Shown here piece after piece: positions 1-13,644 of a stretch of 64,000 nt of DNA (the stretch's first letter is position 1; every line of letters starts with the position of its first letter). The translations under genes were made by a program, and so were the position numbers. This DNA is from Aquificaceae bacterium. GTDB lineage: Bacteria; Aquificota; Aquificia; Aquificales; Aquificaceae. The stretch spans positions 16,586 to 80,585 of the forward strand of contig JBEPZX010000006.1 in assembly GCA_041640635.1 (NCBI GenBank), in the 5' to 3' direction. The notes under the pieces were generated by a model. That model did not search any database. It was not told the DNA's origin and was given only the letters and a program-made list of their open reading frames with translations.

Positions 1-162
1 ACCTGCAAAACCAATTAATATGTTTCCATCGTATATCTTTCTTATCTTTTTAGCTTTGTGCTTTATGACAGAGTGTCCAAGTGTCACCTGTCCATCACCA
101 CCCATTACCGTTTGACCATTTTTTCTAACAACTAGAATAGTTGTTGCTTTTGCTCTCATCAT
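1..162 (-). CDS. hslV: ATP-dependent protease peptidase subunit HslV (5' part; runs off window start)
   Basis: Not in ORF track; my translation [42 protein letters not shown]...IGFAG shows the N-terminal Thr-protease TTI and GDGQVT motifs. Start could be 159. Confidence 0.93.
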   Translation of the reverse strand, partial: MMRAKATTILVVRKNGQTVMGGDGQVTLGHSVIKHKAKKIRKIYDGNILIGFAG

Positions 163-178
163 CTACTAAGATTTTATC

Positions 179-883
179 ATGAAGGATTTTATTATCCCCG
201 CAATAGATATAAAGGATGGTAAAGTAGTTAGATTATTCAAAGGCGATTTTGAAAGAGTAAAAACATACGACAAAGATCCTGCGGATTTGGCAAAACTCTA
301 TCAGTATTTAGGTTTTAAAAAGTTGCATCTTGTGGATCTTGATGGTGCACTCAAGGGTCGTATTTTGAATCTAGAAGCCATAAGAAAGGTCAGGTCCAAC
401 TTCAAGGGTATACTCCAGGTAGGCGGGGGAATAAGAAGCATAGAAAGCTGCAAAATTTTGGATTCGGAAGGTGTAGATTTGATGGTTGTAGGAACAATTG
501 CAATAAAGAGTCCAGAAGAGTTTGAAAAAATACTTACAGAGTTTCCCAATAGAGTTGTGCTTTCTGTGGATAGCAAGAGTGGAAAGGTAGCCGTTGGAGG
601 CTGGAAAGAAGATAGCAAAATAAGTCCAGAAGAATTAGCGAACATGTTTGACGAAAAAGATATATGGGGATATCTGTATACAGATATAGACAGGGACGGA
701 ACTCTGGAAGGTGTGGATATACAAAAATACATGGACTTTAAAAAACACGTAAAAAAGCCGGTGCTTGCTTCTGGAGGAGTAAAAAGTCTTGAAGATGTAA
801 GAGCTTTAATGTGTTGTGTAAATGGCGTCGTTGTAGGCAAAGCTATATACGAAGGGTATATTGATATACTAAAGCTTGAGTAA
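179..883 (+). CDS. hisA: ProFAR isomerase (histidine biosynthesis)
   Basis: IPAIDIKDGKVVRL, LHLVDLDGA, QVGGGIRS, TDIDRDGTL, ASGGV motifs. Confidence 0.95.
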   Translation: MKDFIIPAIDIKDGKVVRLFKGDFERVKTYDKDPADLAKLYQYLGFKKLHLVDLDGALKGRILNLEAIRKVRSNFKGILQVGGGIRSIESCKILDSEGVDLMVVGTIAIKSPEEFEKILTEFPNRVVLSVDSKSGKVAVGGWKEDSKISPEELANMFDEKDIWGYLYTDIDRDGTLEGVDIQKYMDFKKHVKKPVLASGGVKSLEDVRALMCCVNGVVVGKAIYEGYIDILKLE

Positions 884-998
884 AGTTTTTATCCCTATGA
901 GAAAACTCTAAACTCTGAATTAAAGGATAGTCTTACATCCAATTAAGATGGAGAGATGCAAAAATAAAGTTGTTATAATTTTCTTAGGAGGTTTATAT

Positions 999-2201
999 AT
1001 GACACTTATGTCTTATGATGAAGCCATAAAGATAGTTTTGGAGAATGTAGAAAAAATTGGCTGGGAAAGGGTAACATTCACGCAAGCTCTGGGCAGGCTT
1101 TTGGCGAAGGATGTGGTTTCTGACGTTGACCTTCCACTGTTTGATAACTCTGCTATGGATGGGTATGCCGTTAGGTATGAAGACCTCAAAGCTCCGGAAA
1201 CTAAATTAAAGGTAATAGGTGAGGTTAGCACTGGAAATGTAGCACATATAAAAGTAGAAAAAGGCACGGCAATAAAGATATTCACTGGTGCTCCCATTCC
1301 TCCAGGATGCAATTGCGTAGTTCCCGTAGAATTTACATCCTTTGATGGAGAATACATAACTGTGAAAGGAGCATTCAAAGAAGGAGCAAATATAAGAAGA
1401 AAAGGAGAGGAACTAAAAAAGGGAGATGTGGTTTTGGAAGCTGGAACTCTTATTAGAGGTTATGAGCTTGGTATTTTAGCTTTTTTAAACAAAGTAGTCG
1501 TGGATGTCTACAAAAAGCCAGTTATTGGAATACTAGCAACGGGTGATGAAATTGTGGATGTAGGAGAACCAATTACACGAGACTCTCAGATAAGAACTTC
1601 CAACAATTACACACTTTATGGACTTGCTTCTAGCTTACCTGTACACGTAGTTAATTTGGGAATAGCTAAGGACGATCCTCAGCAGATAAAGAGTGCATTA
1701 TCACAAATTTACAATTTCGATGTATTCATAACAACTGGTGGCGTATCCATGGGAGACAGAGACTATGTTCAGTATCTGGTAAGAGAAATTGGTATAGATG
1801 TTAAGTTTCACAAATTAAGAATTAAACCAGCAAAACCAGTCCTGTTTGGAACATACGAGGGTAACAAGCTGTTTTTTGGTCTTCCAGGAAATCCAGTTTC
1901 TTGTGCTATGGCATTTGATCTCTTAGTAAAACCTGCTATTAAAAAAATGGTAGGTATGAAAGGTTACATGCCCAAACCTTTTAAGGCTATTCTCAAGAAG
2001 GACTTCAAAAGAAAAGACGCAGAGAGAAGAGAATTTGTCAGAAGTTATGTAGAATTTGCAGATAAAGCATATTGCACGTATTCAGAAAAGCTACAATCGC
2101 ATATGTTAAGTTCCTATGTTGGAATGAACGCATATATGGTTGTTTACGAAGGTGTAAATGAAATTGCAGCTGGAAGTCAAGTAGATATTATAATAATGTA
2201 A
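999..2201 (+). CDS. moeA: Molybdopterin molybdenumtransferase
   Basis: FDNSAMDGYAV, IFTGAPIP, TGDE, TTGGVSMGDRD, GLPGNPVS; start moved to ATG 999 behind AGGAGG. Confidence 0.95.
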   Translation: MTLMSYDEAIKIVLENVEKIGWERVTFTQALGRLLAKDVVSDVDLPLFDNSAMDGYAVRYEDLKAPETKLKVIGEVSTGNVAHIKVEKGTAIKIFTGAPIPPGCNCVVPVEFTSFDGEYITVKGAFKEGANIRRKGEELKKGDVVLEAGTLIRGYELGILAFLNKVVVDVYKKPVIGILATGDEIVDVGEPITRDSQIRTSNNYTLYGLASSLPVHVVNLGIAKDDPQQIKSALSQIYNFDVFITTGGVSMGDRDYVQYLVREIGIDVKFHKLRIKPAKPVLFGTYEGNKLFFGLPGNPVSCAMAFDLLVKPAIKKMVGMKGYMPKPFKAILKKDFKRKDAERREFVRSYVEFADKAYCTYSEKLQSHMLSSYVGMNAYMVVYEGVNEIAAGSQVDIIIM

Positions 2202-2203
2202 TA

Positions 2204-2287
2204 GCCGGAGTGGCGGAATTGGCAGACGCAGGGGATTCAAAATCCCCCGGGGACACCCCCGTGCGGGTTCGACTCCCGCCTCCGGCA
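2204..2287 (+). tRNA. tRNA-Leu(CAA), CCA not encoded
   Basis: GCCGGAG/CTCCGGC acceptor stem, GGGGA-TTCAAAA-TCCCC anticodon arm, long variable arm, GTTCGAC T-loop. Confidence 0.96.
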
Positions 2288-2294
2288 TTTAAGT

Positions 2295-2945
2295 ATGAAA
2301 AGCGTTTTAGTTTTACTTTCAGGCGGTATGGATAGTGCCACACTTTTGTGGCTGTGTAAAGGAGAATTTTCAAAAGTTTATGCCATATCCTTTGACTATG
2401 GGCAAAAACACAGAATAGAGTTAGAGTATGCTAAGGAGTTGGCATCCACAGCTAAAGTTGAAAAGCACTTTTTGGCGTTCATCCCTTTTTATAAAGAGTT
2501 GGGGAGTAGCGCTCTTCTTGACAAAGATATAGAAGTCCCAAAAGGTGAGTATCCAGAGGATGAGCCACCTATAACCACTGTTCCTATGAGGAATCTTTTA
2601 TTCCTTTCCATAGCTGCATCATTTGCCGATGTTTACCAAATAGACCACATAGCCATAGGTGTTCACTCTTTGGACTCACCATACCCTGACTGTAGACCAG
2701 AGTTTATAACCTCTGCAGAAGCTGCTATAAACGCTAGCTCTGTATATGTGGCTAAAACAAAGAAACGCATTCACATATACGCTCCTTTTTTAGGAATTAC
2801 AAAAAGAGACATAGCGTTACTAGGCAAAAGTTTAGGTGTTCCATTTGAAAAAACTTATTCTTGCTATATTGGAACAGAGCCTCCATGCGGTCAATGTCCC
2901 ACTTGCATACAAAGGCAGCAAGCATTGAAAGGAATTATTTATTAA
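2295..2945 (+). CDS. queC: 7-cyano-7-deazaguanine synthase
   Basis: LSGGMDS PP-loop, FDYGQKH, VPMRN, YPDCR, SCY...CGQCPTC Zn site. Confidence 0.95.
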   Translation: MKSVLVLLSGGMDSATLLWLCKGEFSKVYAISFDYGQKHRIELEYAKELASTAKVEKHFLAFIPFYKELGSSALLDKDIEVPKGEYPEDEPPITTVPMRNLLFLSIAASFADVYQIDHIAIGVHSLDSPYPDCRPEFITSAEAAINASSVYVAKTKKRIHIYAPFLGITKRDIALLGKSLGVPFEKTYSCYIGTEPPCGQCPTCIQRQQALKGIIY

Positions 2946-2977
2946 ATCTTGAATAAGCTTATAATTTTTCTTTTATT

Positions 2978-4174
2978 ATGAGATCTAAGGTACCGGACAA
3001 AAAAGGATATTTTGGAGAGTTTGGTGGAAAGTTTGTACCAGAAACCTTGATGCACGCACTAGAAGAGCTTGAGCAGCAATACCAAAAAATAAAGGAAGAT
3101 TCGAGCTTTTGGAGAGAACTTGATTATTACCTAAAGACTTTTGCAGGTAGACCTACACCACTCTATTACGCTAAAAACTTAACGGAATATATTGGGGGAG
3201 CCAAGATATACATAAAAAGGGAAGATTTACTTCATACCGGTGCTCACAAAATAAACAACACCCTTGGTCAAGCAATCCTTACAAAACGAATGGGGAAAAA
3301 AAGGGTTATAGCAGAAACTGGTGCAGGACAGCACGGTGTAGCTACTGCTACAGCATGTGCTCTCTTAGGACTGGATTGTGTAGTTTACATGGGAGAGGAA
3401 GATGCACAAAGGCAGAGGCTAAACGTGTTTAGAATGAAACTTTTGGGAGCAAAGGTAGAAATAGTAAAAAGTGGGAGCAAAACGTTAAAGGATGCAATAA
3501 ACGAAGCTTTAAGAGACTGGGTAACTAACGTAGAAACTACACACTACATAATAGGTTCTGTAGTGGGACCGCATCCCTTTCCAATGATGGTTAGGGATTT
3601 CCAGAGTGTAATAGGGAATGAGGTTAAGGAACAGATTATGGGGATTGAAGGAAGATTGCCCGATGCAATAGTAGCTTGTGTAGGTGGCGGTTCAAATGCG
3701 ATGGGGATATTCTATCCTTTCGTTGAGGAGGAAAATGTAAGACTTATAGGTGTAGAAGCTGGCGGACTTGGCATAAATACAGGTAAACATGCAGCTTCCA
3801 TAAATGCAGGCTCTGTGGGTGTACTTCATGGAATGATATCTTTCTTTTTACAAGATGAGGAGGGGCAAATTCTTACAACCCACTCTATATCAGCAGGATT
3901 GGACTATCCAGGCGTTGGTCCGGAGCACGCTTATCTATTCAAAAGCGGGAGAGCAAATTATGTTTATGCTACGGATGAAGAAGCTTTGGAAGGATTTAAA
4001 TTGCTATCTAAGTTAGAAGGTATTATTCCAGCGCTCGAACCAGCACACGCAGTACCAAGGCTCGTGGAAATTGCAAAAGAATTGGGTAAAGATGGATTAG
4101 TCGTGTTTAACCTCTCTGGGCGTGGCGATAAGGATATGTACCAGGTAATGGAGTATTTGAAAGATATGTTATAA
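2978..4174 (+). CDS. trpB: Tryptophan synthase beta chain
   Basis: [12 protein letters not shown] lysine, [22 protein letters not shown]. Confidence 0.97.
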   Translation: MRSKVPDKKGYFGEFGGKFVPETLMHALEELEQQYQKIKEDSSFWRELDYYLKTFAGRPTPLYYAKNLTEYIGGAKIYIKREDLLHTGAHKINNTLGQAILTKRMGKKRVIAETGAGQHGVATATACALLGLDCVVYMGEEDAQRQRLNVFRMKLLGAKVEIVKSGSKTLKDAINEALRDWVTNVETTHYIIGSVVGPHPFPMMVRDFQSVIGNEVKEQIMGIEGRLPDAIVACVGGGSNAMGIFYPFVEEENVRLIGVEAGGLGINTGKHAASINAGSVGVLHGMISFFLQDEEGQILTTHSISAGLDYPGVGPEHAYLFKSGRANYVYATDEEALEGFKLLSKLEGIIPALEPAHAVPRLVEIAKELGKDGLVVFNLSGRGDKDMYQVMEYLKDML

Positions 4175-4175
4175 T
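4167..4175 (+). promoter_or_regulatory. Extended -10 element (TGtTATAAT) containing the trpB stop codon, 7 nt before atpG ATG
   Basis: Direct match to TGnTATAAT; no SD between it and the ATG. Confidence 0.65.
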
Positions 4176-4182
4176 TTTTGCT

Positions 4183-7238
<3,056 letters not shown>

Positions 7239-7242
<4 letters not shown>

Positions 7243-7940
7243 AAAAGGCTACCTTATTTGCTTTAACCTTTTTGGTAAGTTGTGCCAGTGTAACTACTGA
7301 AGATCTGAATAAGAAAATTTCTAAAATAGAAGAAAGGCTAAATGTCATAGAGGAAAGGCAGAAGAATTTGGAAATGCAAAACTTGAAGACAGAAACTAGA
7401 TTGGACAGCACTGTAGAAACATTAACAAAACTTAGATTAGACGTAGAAAAATTGAGAACTTCTGAAAAGGAAACAAAGGAAATACCTGCCCTTTCTTCTT
7501 TACCCGAACCTACACAGATCCGTCAAACGTTGCAAGATGTAAAAGTGGATCAAAAGCCAGATTTTCAGAAAGAGTATGAGGACATTCTTAAGCTTTACGA
7601 TTTGAGACAGTTAAATCAGGCAAGGGAAGGGTTCATAAACTACATAAGAAAGTATCCAAATACACCTCTTACAGATAATGCTTACCTATGGCTAGGTGTA
7701 ACTTATAGAGATTTAGGGGAACTTAACAAAGCAGAAGCTGTGTGGTTAACATTGGTTGAAAAATGCAAAAGGAGAGAGTTAATAGATTGCAATAAAGCAC
7801 CATCGGCGTTGCTTCAATTAGCGAGGCTTTATGAGCAAAAGGGTGATCAATCAAAGGCGAATGAGTACTACGATTTAATACTGAAAGAGTATCCTCTCTC
7901 GGAAGAGGCTGATACAGCTAAAAAGAAGCTAGGAAGATGA
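7239..7940 (+). CDS. Tol-Pal-associated coiled-coil/TPR lipoprotein (YbgF/CpoB-like)
   Basis: Lipobox LVSC, coiled coil, TPR repeats ([24 protein letters not shown]). Confidence 0.75.
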
Positions 7941-8626
7941 GTATGAAAATACCTAAACATGTTGCTGTTATAATGGATGGAAACGGTCGATGGGCACAAA
8001 GTAGGAGTCTGCCAAGAGTGGCAGGTCATTATGAGGGAGTGAAGAGAGCCGAGGAGCTTGTTTATACATGTATGGAGTATGGAATAAGCTATTTAACCTT
8101 ATACGCTTTTTCCACAGAAAACTGGAAGAGACCAAAGGAAGAAGTGAGAGCTCTTTTTAGTCTCTTTGAGTCTTATATGAAAAGCAAAAGGGAAGAGTTT
8201 ATTGAACACCAAATAAGCGTTAACTTTATTGGGAGACGTGACAGATTACCCAAAAGTCTTGTAAAAATCATGCAAGAAACAGAGACTATAACACAAAACC
8301 TAAATAAAATAAAAGTTTACATTGCCATAGACTACGGTGGTAGAGATGAAATACTTAGAGCAGTCAATAAGATCCTAAAGTCTGGAGCAAAGGAAGTAGA
8401 TGAGATATCCTTTTCATCCTTCTTAGATTTGTGCAATGTACCAGATCCAGATATACTTATACGCACAGCTGGAGAAAAAAGGCTTTCTAACTTCTTACTT
8501 TGGAACTTAGCTTATACCGAACTTTACTTTACGGATGTATATTGGCCTGACTTTACCAAAGAAGAGTTTTTAAGAGCTTTGGAAGATTACGCCAAAAGGA
8601 AAAGAAAGTTTGGAGCACTTACATAA
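7937..8626 (+). CDS. uppS: Undecaprenyl diphosphate synthase
   Basis: HVAVIMDGNGRWA, FSTENWKRP, IRTAGEKRLSNFLLW. Confidence 0.96.
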   Translation: MSMKIPKHVAVIMDGNGRWAQSRSLPRVAGHYEGVKRAEELVYTCMEYGISYLTLYAFSTENWKRPKEEVRALFSLFESYMKSKREEFIEHQISVNFIGRRDRLPKSLVKIMQETETITQNLNKIKVYIAIDYGGRDEILRAVNKILKSGAKEVDEISFSSFLDLCNVPDPDILIRTAGEKRLSNFLLWNLAYTELYFTDVYWPDFTKEEFLRALEDYAKRKRKFGALT

Positions 8627-9326
8627 AAGCAGGGAGTTAGTAGGTTTTTTAATAGGTACCTTTACCATTCTAATTTTTCTATCACCAAAGTTTATCTTTA
8701 TTTTATTTCTTACTCTTCTTTCTTTTTTTATATCTTACGAAATTTCCAAAGCCATTGATGTTAAAGGCTTTTTCTTTTTGTCTCATTTTATAACTCTCTT
8801 AGCATCTTACGATAAGGGTTTGGGTATTGTAGCTCTTCTACTCTTTACTTTACTTCAAGGATGGAAATTCTGGAGCTTGGATGTCTTTAATAAATCTCTC
8901 TTGATCTTTCTATACGCTGGGTTTTTGCCTTCTTTTCTCTGGGATTTGAAGGATCTTGGAAATCTATACCTTCTAGAGCTTTTATTTTTCGTTTGGGTTG
9001 TGGATGTTAGTGCTTACTACGTAGGGAAAAACTTTGGAAAAACAAAAATAGCAAAGCGTATATCTCCACACAAAACGTGGGAAGGGTTTATAGGTAGCTT
9101 AATTTTTGGATCCTTGTATTCTGTATTTGTTTTTAAAAATCTTGCATTCGGTCCTATTCTTGTAATTTTTGCCTTTTATGGTGACTTATTTAAAAGCTTT
9201 ATAAAACGACAAGTAGGAATTAAAGATTTTTCTAATTTTCTTGGTTCCCATGGAGGTTTTGTAGATAGATTTGATTCCCTTATCCTTTGTGCTCCTGTTT
9301 ATTTTTACCTTTTAACTAACTCTTAA
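8610..9326 (+). CDS. cdsA: Phosphatidate cytidylyltransferase
   Basis: Hydrophobic; ISPHKTWEG, GDLFKSFIKR, IKD..HGGFVDRFDS; follows uppS. Confidence 0.9.
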   Translation: MEHLHKSRELVGFLIGTFTILIFLSPKFIFILFLTLLSFFISYEISKAIDVKGFFFLSHFITLLASYDKGLGIVALLLFTLLQGWKFWSLDVFNKSLLIFLYAGFLPSFLWDLKDLGNLYLLELLFFVWVVDVSAYYVGKNFGKTKIAKRISPHKTWEGFIGSLIFGSLYSVFVFKNLAFGPILVIFAFYGDLFKSFIKRQVGIKDFSNFLGSHGGFVDRFDSLILCAPVYFYLLTNS

Positions 9327-10343
9327 AACCACCTTTCCAAAGTGCTTTGAAGATTCTAAGTATTCATGGGCTTGAGGAGCTTCCACTAAACTAAAAACTC
9401 TGTCCACCATGGGCTTTAAAAGTCCTCTTTCCATTAGTTCAGTTATCTTAAAAAGGTGGGCTCTGCTTCCCATGTAAACACCAAGGAGCTCTATTTCCCT
9501 TACAAATACGTATCTTATATCGATATTGGCTTGGTCTCCTGTAGTAGTTCCAAAGAAAACGATCTTTCCACCTTTTCTAAGACACTCTATACTTTTGGTA
9601 AAGGTTTTCTCTCCTACGTGATCCATCACTATATCGACGCCATCTTTAAAAATCTCACGAACCTTTTTAGGCACGTCCTCTGTGTAGTGATTTATAACCA
9701 CATCCGCTCCCAACTGCTTACACTTGTTTGCCTTCTCCTCTGAACCCGCTGTCGCTATAACAAAAGCTCCCATAAGTTTGGCAAGTTGTATAGCGGCAAC
9801 TCCCACACCAGAGGATCCAGCCCATACAAGAAGTCTTGAATAAGGCTTCATCTGTCCCTTTTCCACCAAAGCATTCCATACGGTAAGGTAGGTAAGGGGG
9901 TAACTGGCTGCCTCTTCAAAGCTCAGATTCTTAGGCTTTTTTATAACGTTCCTTGAAGGAACCTTTACAAACTCTGCGTATCCCCCCTTTGTTTTAAGCC
10001 CTAGTATATCATAATCTTTGCACAGGTTATCCCTTCCCCTTTGACAGTCATAACATACACCACAGGAAAGTCCAGGAGCTACAACAACTTCGTCTCCTTC
10101 CTTTACGTTATTCACCAAAGATCCTACTCTTTCCACCACACCGCTTACATCTGAACCAAGAATGTGTGGAAGCTCAGGTTTTACAGCAAGAGCTCCTAGC
10201 CTTACCCATATGTCCAAGTGATTTAGTGCTACAGCTTTTACCCTTATTAAAACTTCATTATCTTTTATTTGCGGCTCTGGAAAGTCCTCTACATACTCTA
10301 AGTTTTCCACACCACCGAAGTTTTTTAAAATTACTGCCTTCAT
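9312..10343 (-). CDS. MDR-family zinc-binding dehydrogenase / quinone oxidoreductase-like
   Basis: Structural Zn CGVCYDC...C, AGSSGVG Rossmann, GKVVL; catalytic GHE replaced by GSD. Confidence 0.85.
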   Translation of the reverse strand: MKAVILKNFGGVENLEYVEDFPEPQIKDNEVLIRVKAVALNHLDIWVRLGALAVKPELPHILGSDVSGVVERVGSLVNNVKEGDEVVVAPGLSCGVCYDCQRGRDNLCKDYDILGLKTKGGYAEFVKVPSRNVIKKPKNLSFEEAASYPLTYLTVWNALVEKGQMKPYSRLLVWAGSSGVGVAAIQLAKLMGAFVIATAGSEEKANKCKQLGADVVINHYTEDVPKKVREIFKDGVDIVMDHVGEKTFTKSIECLRKGGKIVFFGTTTGDQANIDIRYVFVREIELLGVYMGSRAHLFKITELMERGLLKPMVDRVFSLVEAPQAHEYLESSKHFGKVVLRVS

Positions 10344-10360
10344 GGTTTTATAATTCTAAC

Positions 10361-11077
10361 ATGCTAAAGGCTACCAATATTAAAAAGTTTTTTAAAAAAA
10401 GAGAAATACTAAAAGGTGTATATATAGAGATAAACAAAGGGGAAGTAGTTGGACTTTTGGGTCCAAATGGAGCGGGTAAAACTACCCTCTTTAATTGCTT
10501 AGTGGGTTTTTTACCTGTGGATGAGGGACAGATAATTTTAGATGGTGAAGATATAACCCATATGCCGGCTCATAAAAGAGCACAAAAAGGAATAACCTTC
10601 TTACCTCAAGAACACACCTTATTTGAAGACTTGTCTGTATTGGAAAACCTTTTGATGTTCTTGGAATTTTTTGAAGAGACAAAAGAAGCTCAAATTCAAA
10701 AAGCTCAATCTCTGCTGACGGATTTTGGTTTATGGGAAGTAAGAAACCTAAAAGCTTACCAAATATCAGGTGGACAAAAAAGACGATTAGAAATAGCAAG
10801 GGCTTTGATAACCAATCCTAAGTACTTATTTTTAGATGAGCCTTTTACAGGCATTGATCCCATTCTTATTTCAGAAATAAAGGAAATGATAATTGGTTTA
10901 AAAAATCAAAGTATGGGCATACTTATAACGGACCATAACGTAAGGGAAACTATAAGAATAGTTGATAGAGTTTACATACTATCAGAAGGGAAAATTCTGG
11001 CGCATGGTAGCGCTCATGAGGTTGCAAACAGAGAGGATGTAAAAAAAGCATACTTAGGAAAAAATTTTGTTCTATAA
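10361..11077 (+). CDS. lptB: LPS export ABC transporter ATPase
   Basis: GLLGPNGAGKTT, ISGGQKRRLEIARAL, DEPFTGIDP, ITDHNVRET; start moved to ATG 10361 because the ORF-track start lies inside the divergent gene. Confidence 0.92.
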   Translation: MLKATNIKKFFKKREILKGVYIEINKGEVVGLLGPNGAGKTTLFNCLVGFLPVDEGQIILDGEDITHMPAHKRAQKGITFLPQEHTLFEDLSVLENLLMFLEFFEETKEAQIQKAQSLLTDFGLWEVRNLKAYQISGGQKRRLEIARALITNPKYLFLDEPFTGIDPILISEIKEMIIGLKNQSMGILITDHNVRETIRIVDRVYILSEGKILAHGSAHEVANREDVKKAYLGKNFVL

Positions 11078-11101
11078 GAGAAAGAACCTATAATTATTTG
11101 T

Positions 11102-12766
11102 ATGAGAAGTGATAAAGTCAAAAAGGGAATAGAAAGGGCTCCACATAGATCATTACTTAGAGCTTGCGGTTTGTCTGATGAAGACTTTGACAAACCATTA
11201 ATTGGTATAGCTAACTCTTATATAGACATAATTCCAGGACATGTTCACCTACGAGAGTTTGTCAAACCTATCAAGGAAGAAGTAAGAAAAGCCGGCGGTG
11301 TTCCCATAGAGTTCAATGTAATAGGTGTGGACGATGGTATAGCAATGGGACACTATGGAATGAAGTATTCTCTTCCTTCCAGGGAGTTAATAGCGGACTG
11401 TATAGAAACGGTAGTAGAGGCTCACCAACTGGACGCTCTGATATGCATACCCAACTGTGACAAGATAGTTCCCGGTATGTTGATGGCTGCAGCTCGGATA
11501 AACATACCTACCATCTTTATAAGCGGTGGTCCCATGCTCGCTGGTGAAGTGAACGGAAAAAAAGTGGATCTCATATCGGTGTTCGAGGGGATTGGAAAGG
11601 TTAAATCGGGAGAGATGACCCAAGAGCAGTTAAAAGTCATAGAAGAGTCAGCATGTCCAACCTGTGGTAGTTGCTCGGGTATGTTTACCGCAAACTCTAT
11701 GAACTGCATAACGGAAGTTTTAGGTCTTGGGTTACCTGGCAATGGTACCATTCCTGCCGTAGATCCACGAAGAGAAATCTTGGCAAGACAGGCAGCAAGG
11801 CAAATAATGGAACTTCTAAAGAGAGACATAAAGCCCAGAGATATTCTAACTATAGAAGCCTTCGATAACGCCTTTGCCGTGGATATAGCCATGGGTGGCT
11901 CCAGTAATACCATACTTCACCTCTTGGCGATAGCAAGAGAGGCTGGAATAGAATATGACTTAAATAGGATTAACCAGATATCCAAAAACATACCTACACT
12001 TTGTAAGATATCGCCTTCTTCACACTACCACATTCAAGACTTGGACAGTGTAGGCGGTATACCTACCATAGTAAAAGAACTCATAAAAGCCAATAAGTTC
12101 CCAAATCCCGATAAGTTAACCGTGTCGTTAAAGACACTCAAAGAAATCGCCCAAGAAGCACCTGATGCAGATGGTGAGGTAGTAAGGACAATGGATAAGG
12201 CTTACTCACAAGACGGTGGCATTGCTATATTGTTTGGTAACTTGGCACCAGAGGGAGGTGTTATAAAAACGGCTGGTGTAGATCCAAAAATGATGGTATT
12301 TAGAGGAAGAGCCATATGCTTCGATTCTGAAGAAGACGCCATAGATGGCATACTGGGCGGAAAGGTGAAACCTGGACACGTGGTGGTGATCAGGTATGAG
12401 GGTCCAAAGGGTGGACCTGGCATGAGAGAGATGCTTTCGCCAACATCCGCTATAATGGGTATGGGACTTGGAGATAAGGTGGCACTGATAACCGACGGAA
12501 GATTCTCTGGTGGAACAAGGGGCGCATGCATAGGGCACGTTTCTCCAGAAGCGGCAAGCGGAGGACCTATAGGAATAGTCCAGAACGGAGACGAAATACT
12601 TATAGACATACCAAACAGAAGGTTGGAACTACTAATTGATGATCAAGAGTTCAAAAGGAGAATGGAAAGTTTTGTCCCAAAACAAAAACCCATAAACAGC
12701 CCATGGCTCAGAAGGTATGCCAAATTTGTCACTTCTGCATCTAAGGGAGCGGTTTTAGAATCCTGA
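11102..12766 (+). CDS. ilvD: Dihydroxy-acid dehydratase
   Basis: DDGIAMGH, NCDKIVPG, CSGMFTANSM, YEGPKGGPGM, TDGRFSGG. Confidence 0.97.
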   Translation: MRSDKVKKGIERAPHRSLLRACGLSDEDFDKPLIGIANSYIDIIPGHVHLREFVKPIKEEVRKAGGVPIEFNVIGVDDGIAMGHYGMKYSLPSRELIADCIETVVEAHQLDALICIPNCDKIVPGMLMAAARINIPTIFISGGPMLAGEVNGKKVDLISVFEGIGKVKSGEMTQEQLKVIEESACPTCGSCSGMFTANSMNCITEVLGLGLPGNGTIPAVDPRREILARQAARQIMELLKRDIKPRDILTIEAFDNAFAVDIAMGGSSNTILHLLAIAREAGIEYDLNRINQISKNIPTLCKISPSSHYHIQDLDSVGGIPTIVKELIKANKFPNPDKLTVSLKTLKEIAQEAPDADGEVVRTMDKAYSQDGGIAILFGNLAPEGGVIKTAGVDPKMMVFRGRAICFDSEEDAIDGILGGKVKPGHVVVIRYEGPKGGPGMREMLSPTSAIMGMGLGDKVALITDGRFSGGTRGACIGHVSPEAASGGPIGIVQNGDEILIDIPNRRLELLIDDQEFKRRMESFVPKQKPINSPWLRRYAKFVTSASKGAVLES

Positions 12767-12767
12767 T

Positions 12768-13535
12768 ATGCACATACTCCTTATAGGTCTTGGGAATATG
12801 GGTCAAAAATACATGAGCAAACTCGAAGAAATGGGGGAGTCTACCATTCTGTGTGACATAGATCCCTCAAAAGCCAATGGCAAAAGTCCCTTTTACTGCC
12901 ACTACGGCGATGTGAAAGAACCTATAAAAAACGCTATTATAGCCATAGATCCCAAGGACCACGTAAAAACAGCCAAATTTTTTTTAGACAAAGGTATCCC
13001 CGTTCTTTTGGAAAAACCACCAGCCACAGATCCTAGTGAGTTTGAACTCATCGAAGGCTACCCAAACCTTTACGTATCGGAAATAGAGTCCTACTCCATA
13101 TGCTTAGAACACTTTCCCAGAAATGTTAAAAGCCTGGAAATATACCGATTGGGTAGAGGTAGAGGTTACATTTCCCCACTTTGGGATTTGGCATGGCATG
13201 ACCTTTACCTTATGTATAGGTTTTTTGAGAATATACAAGTGTTCAATGTAAAAAAGAATGATGTGTGGTGTATAGAAGGTGTAGCGGATGGCACAGAATT
13301 TAAACTATGTGTAGCTTGGGAGCATCCCAATCCTGAGAGAAAATGGATAATAAACAATAGCGAATGGGTACTGGATTTCGCACAAGAGTCCGTTTACAAA
13401 GATGGAAACCTAGTTGTGCACAGAAAAAGAGACAAACTTAGGTGGATGATTGAGGACTTTATACTTGGCAAATACGATAGAAAGTCCGTAAAGAGAGCAA
13501 AGAGAATTCTTCAATTACTTTCAAACTCTCTTTAA
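12768..13535 (+). CDS. Gfo/Idh/MocA-family oxidoreductase
   Basis: IGLGNMG Rossmann, LLEKP, WDLAWHD. Confidence 0.8.
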   Translation: MHILLIGLGNMGQKYMSKLEEMGESTILCDIDPSKANGKSPFYCHYGDVKEPIKNAIIAIDPKDHVKTAKFFLDKGIPVLLEKPPATDPSEFELIEGYPNLYVSEIESYSICLEHFPRNVKSLEIYRLGRGRGYISPLWDLAWHDLYLMYRFFENIQVFNVKKNDVWCIEGVADGTEFKLCVAWEHPNPERKWIINNSEWVLDFAQESVYKDGNLVVHRKRDKLRWMIEDFILGKYDRKSVKRAKRILQLLSNSL

Positions 13536-13644
13536 TTTTAATAGAGATATAAGCAACACTAATATAATCTTTAGTAATTGTTATTTTTTGCTGAAAATGA
13601 AGTGGGTATTATTTTAGAATAAAACAGCACAGAGGAGGAGAAAA

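Noticed and set aside
2106..2373. ORFs crossing tRNA genes (also 49662-49916, 59641-60012, and the N-terminal extensions at 49759 and 50389)
   Set aside because: Translations of tRNA sequence; true starts lie downstream of the tRNAs
10166..10360. Long N-terminal extensions of lptB (also hisS 44101-44322, glcF 62143-62235, uvrA 59448-59495, moeA 948-998)
   Set aside because: They overlap divergent genes or promoters, and family homology begins at the downstream ATG
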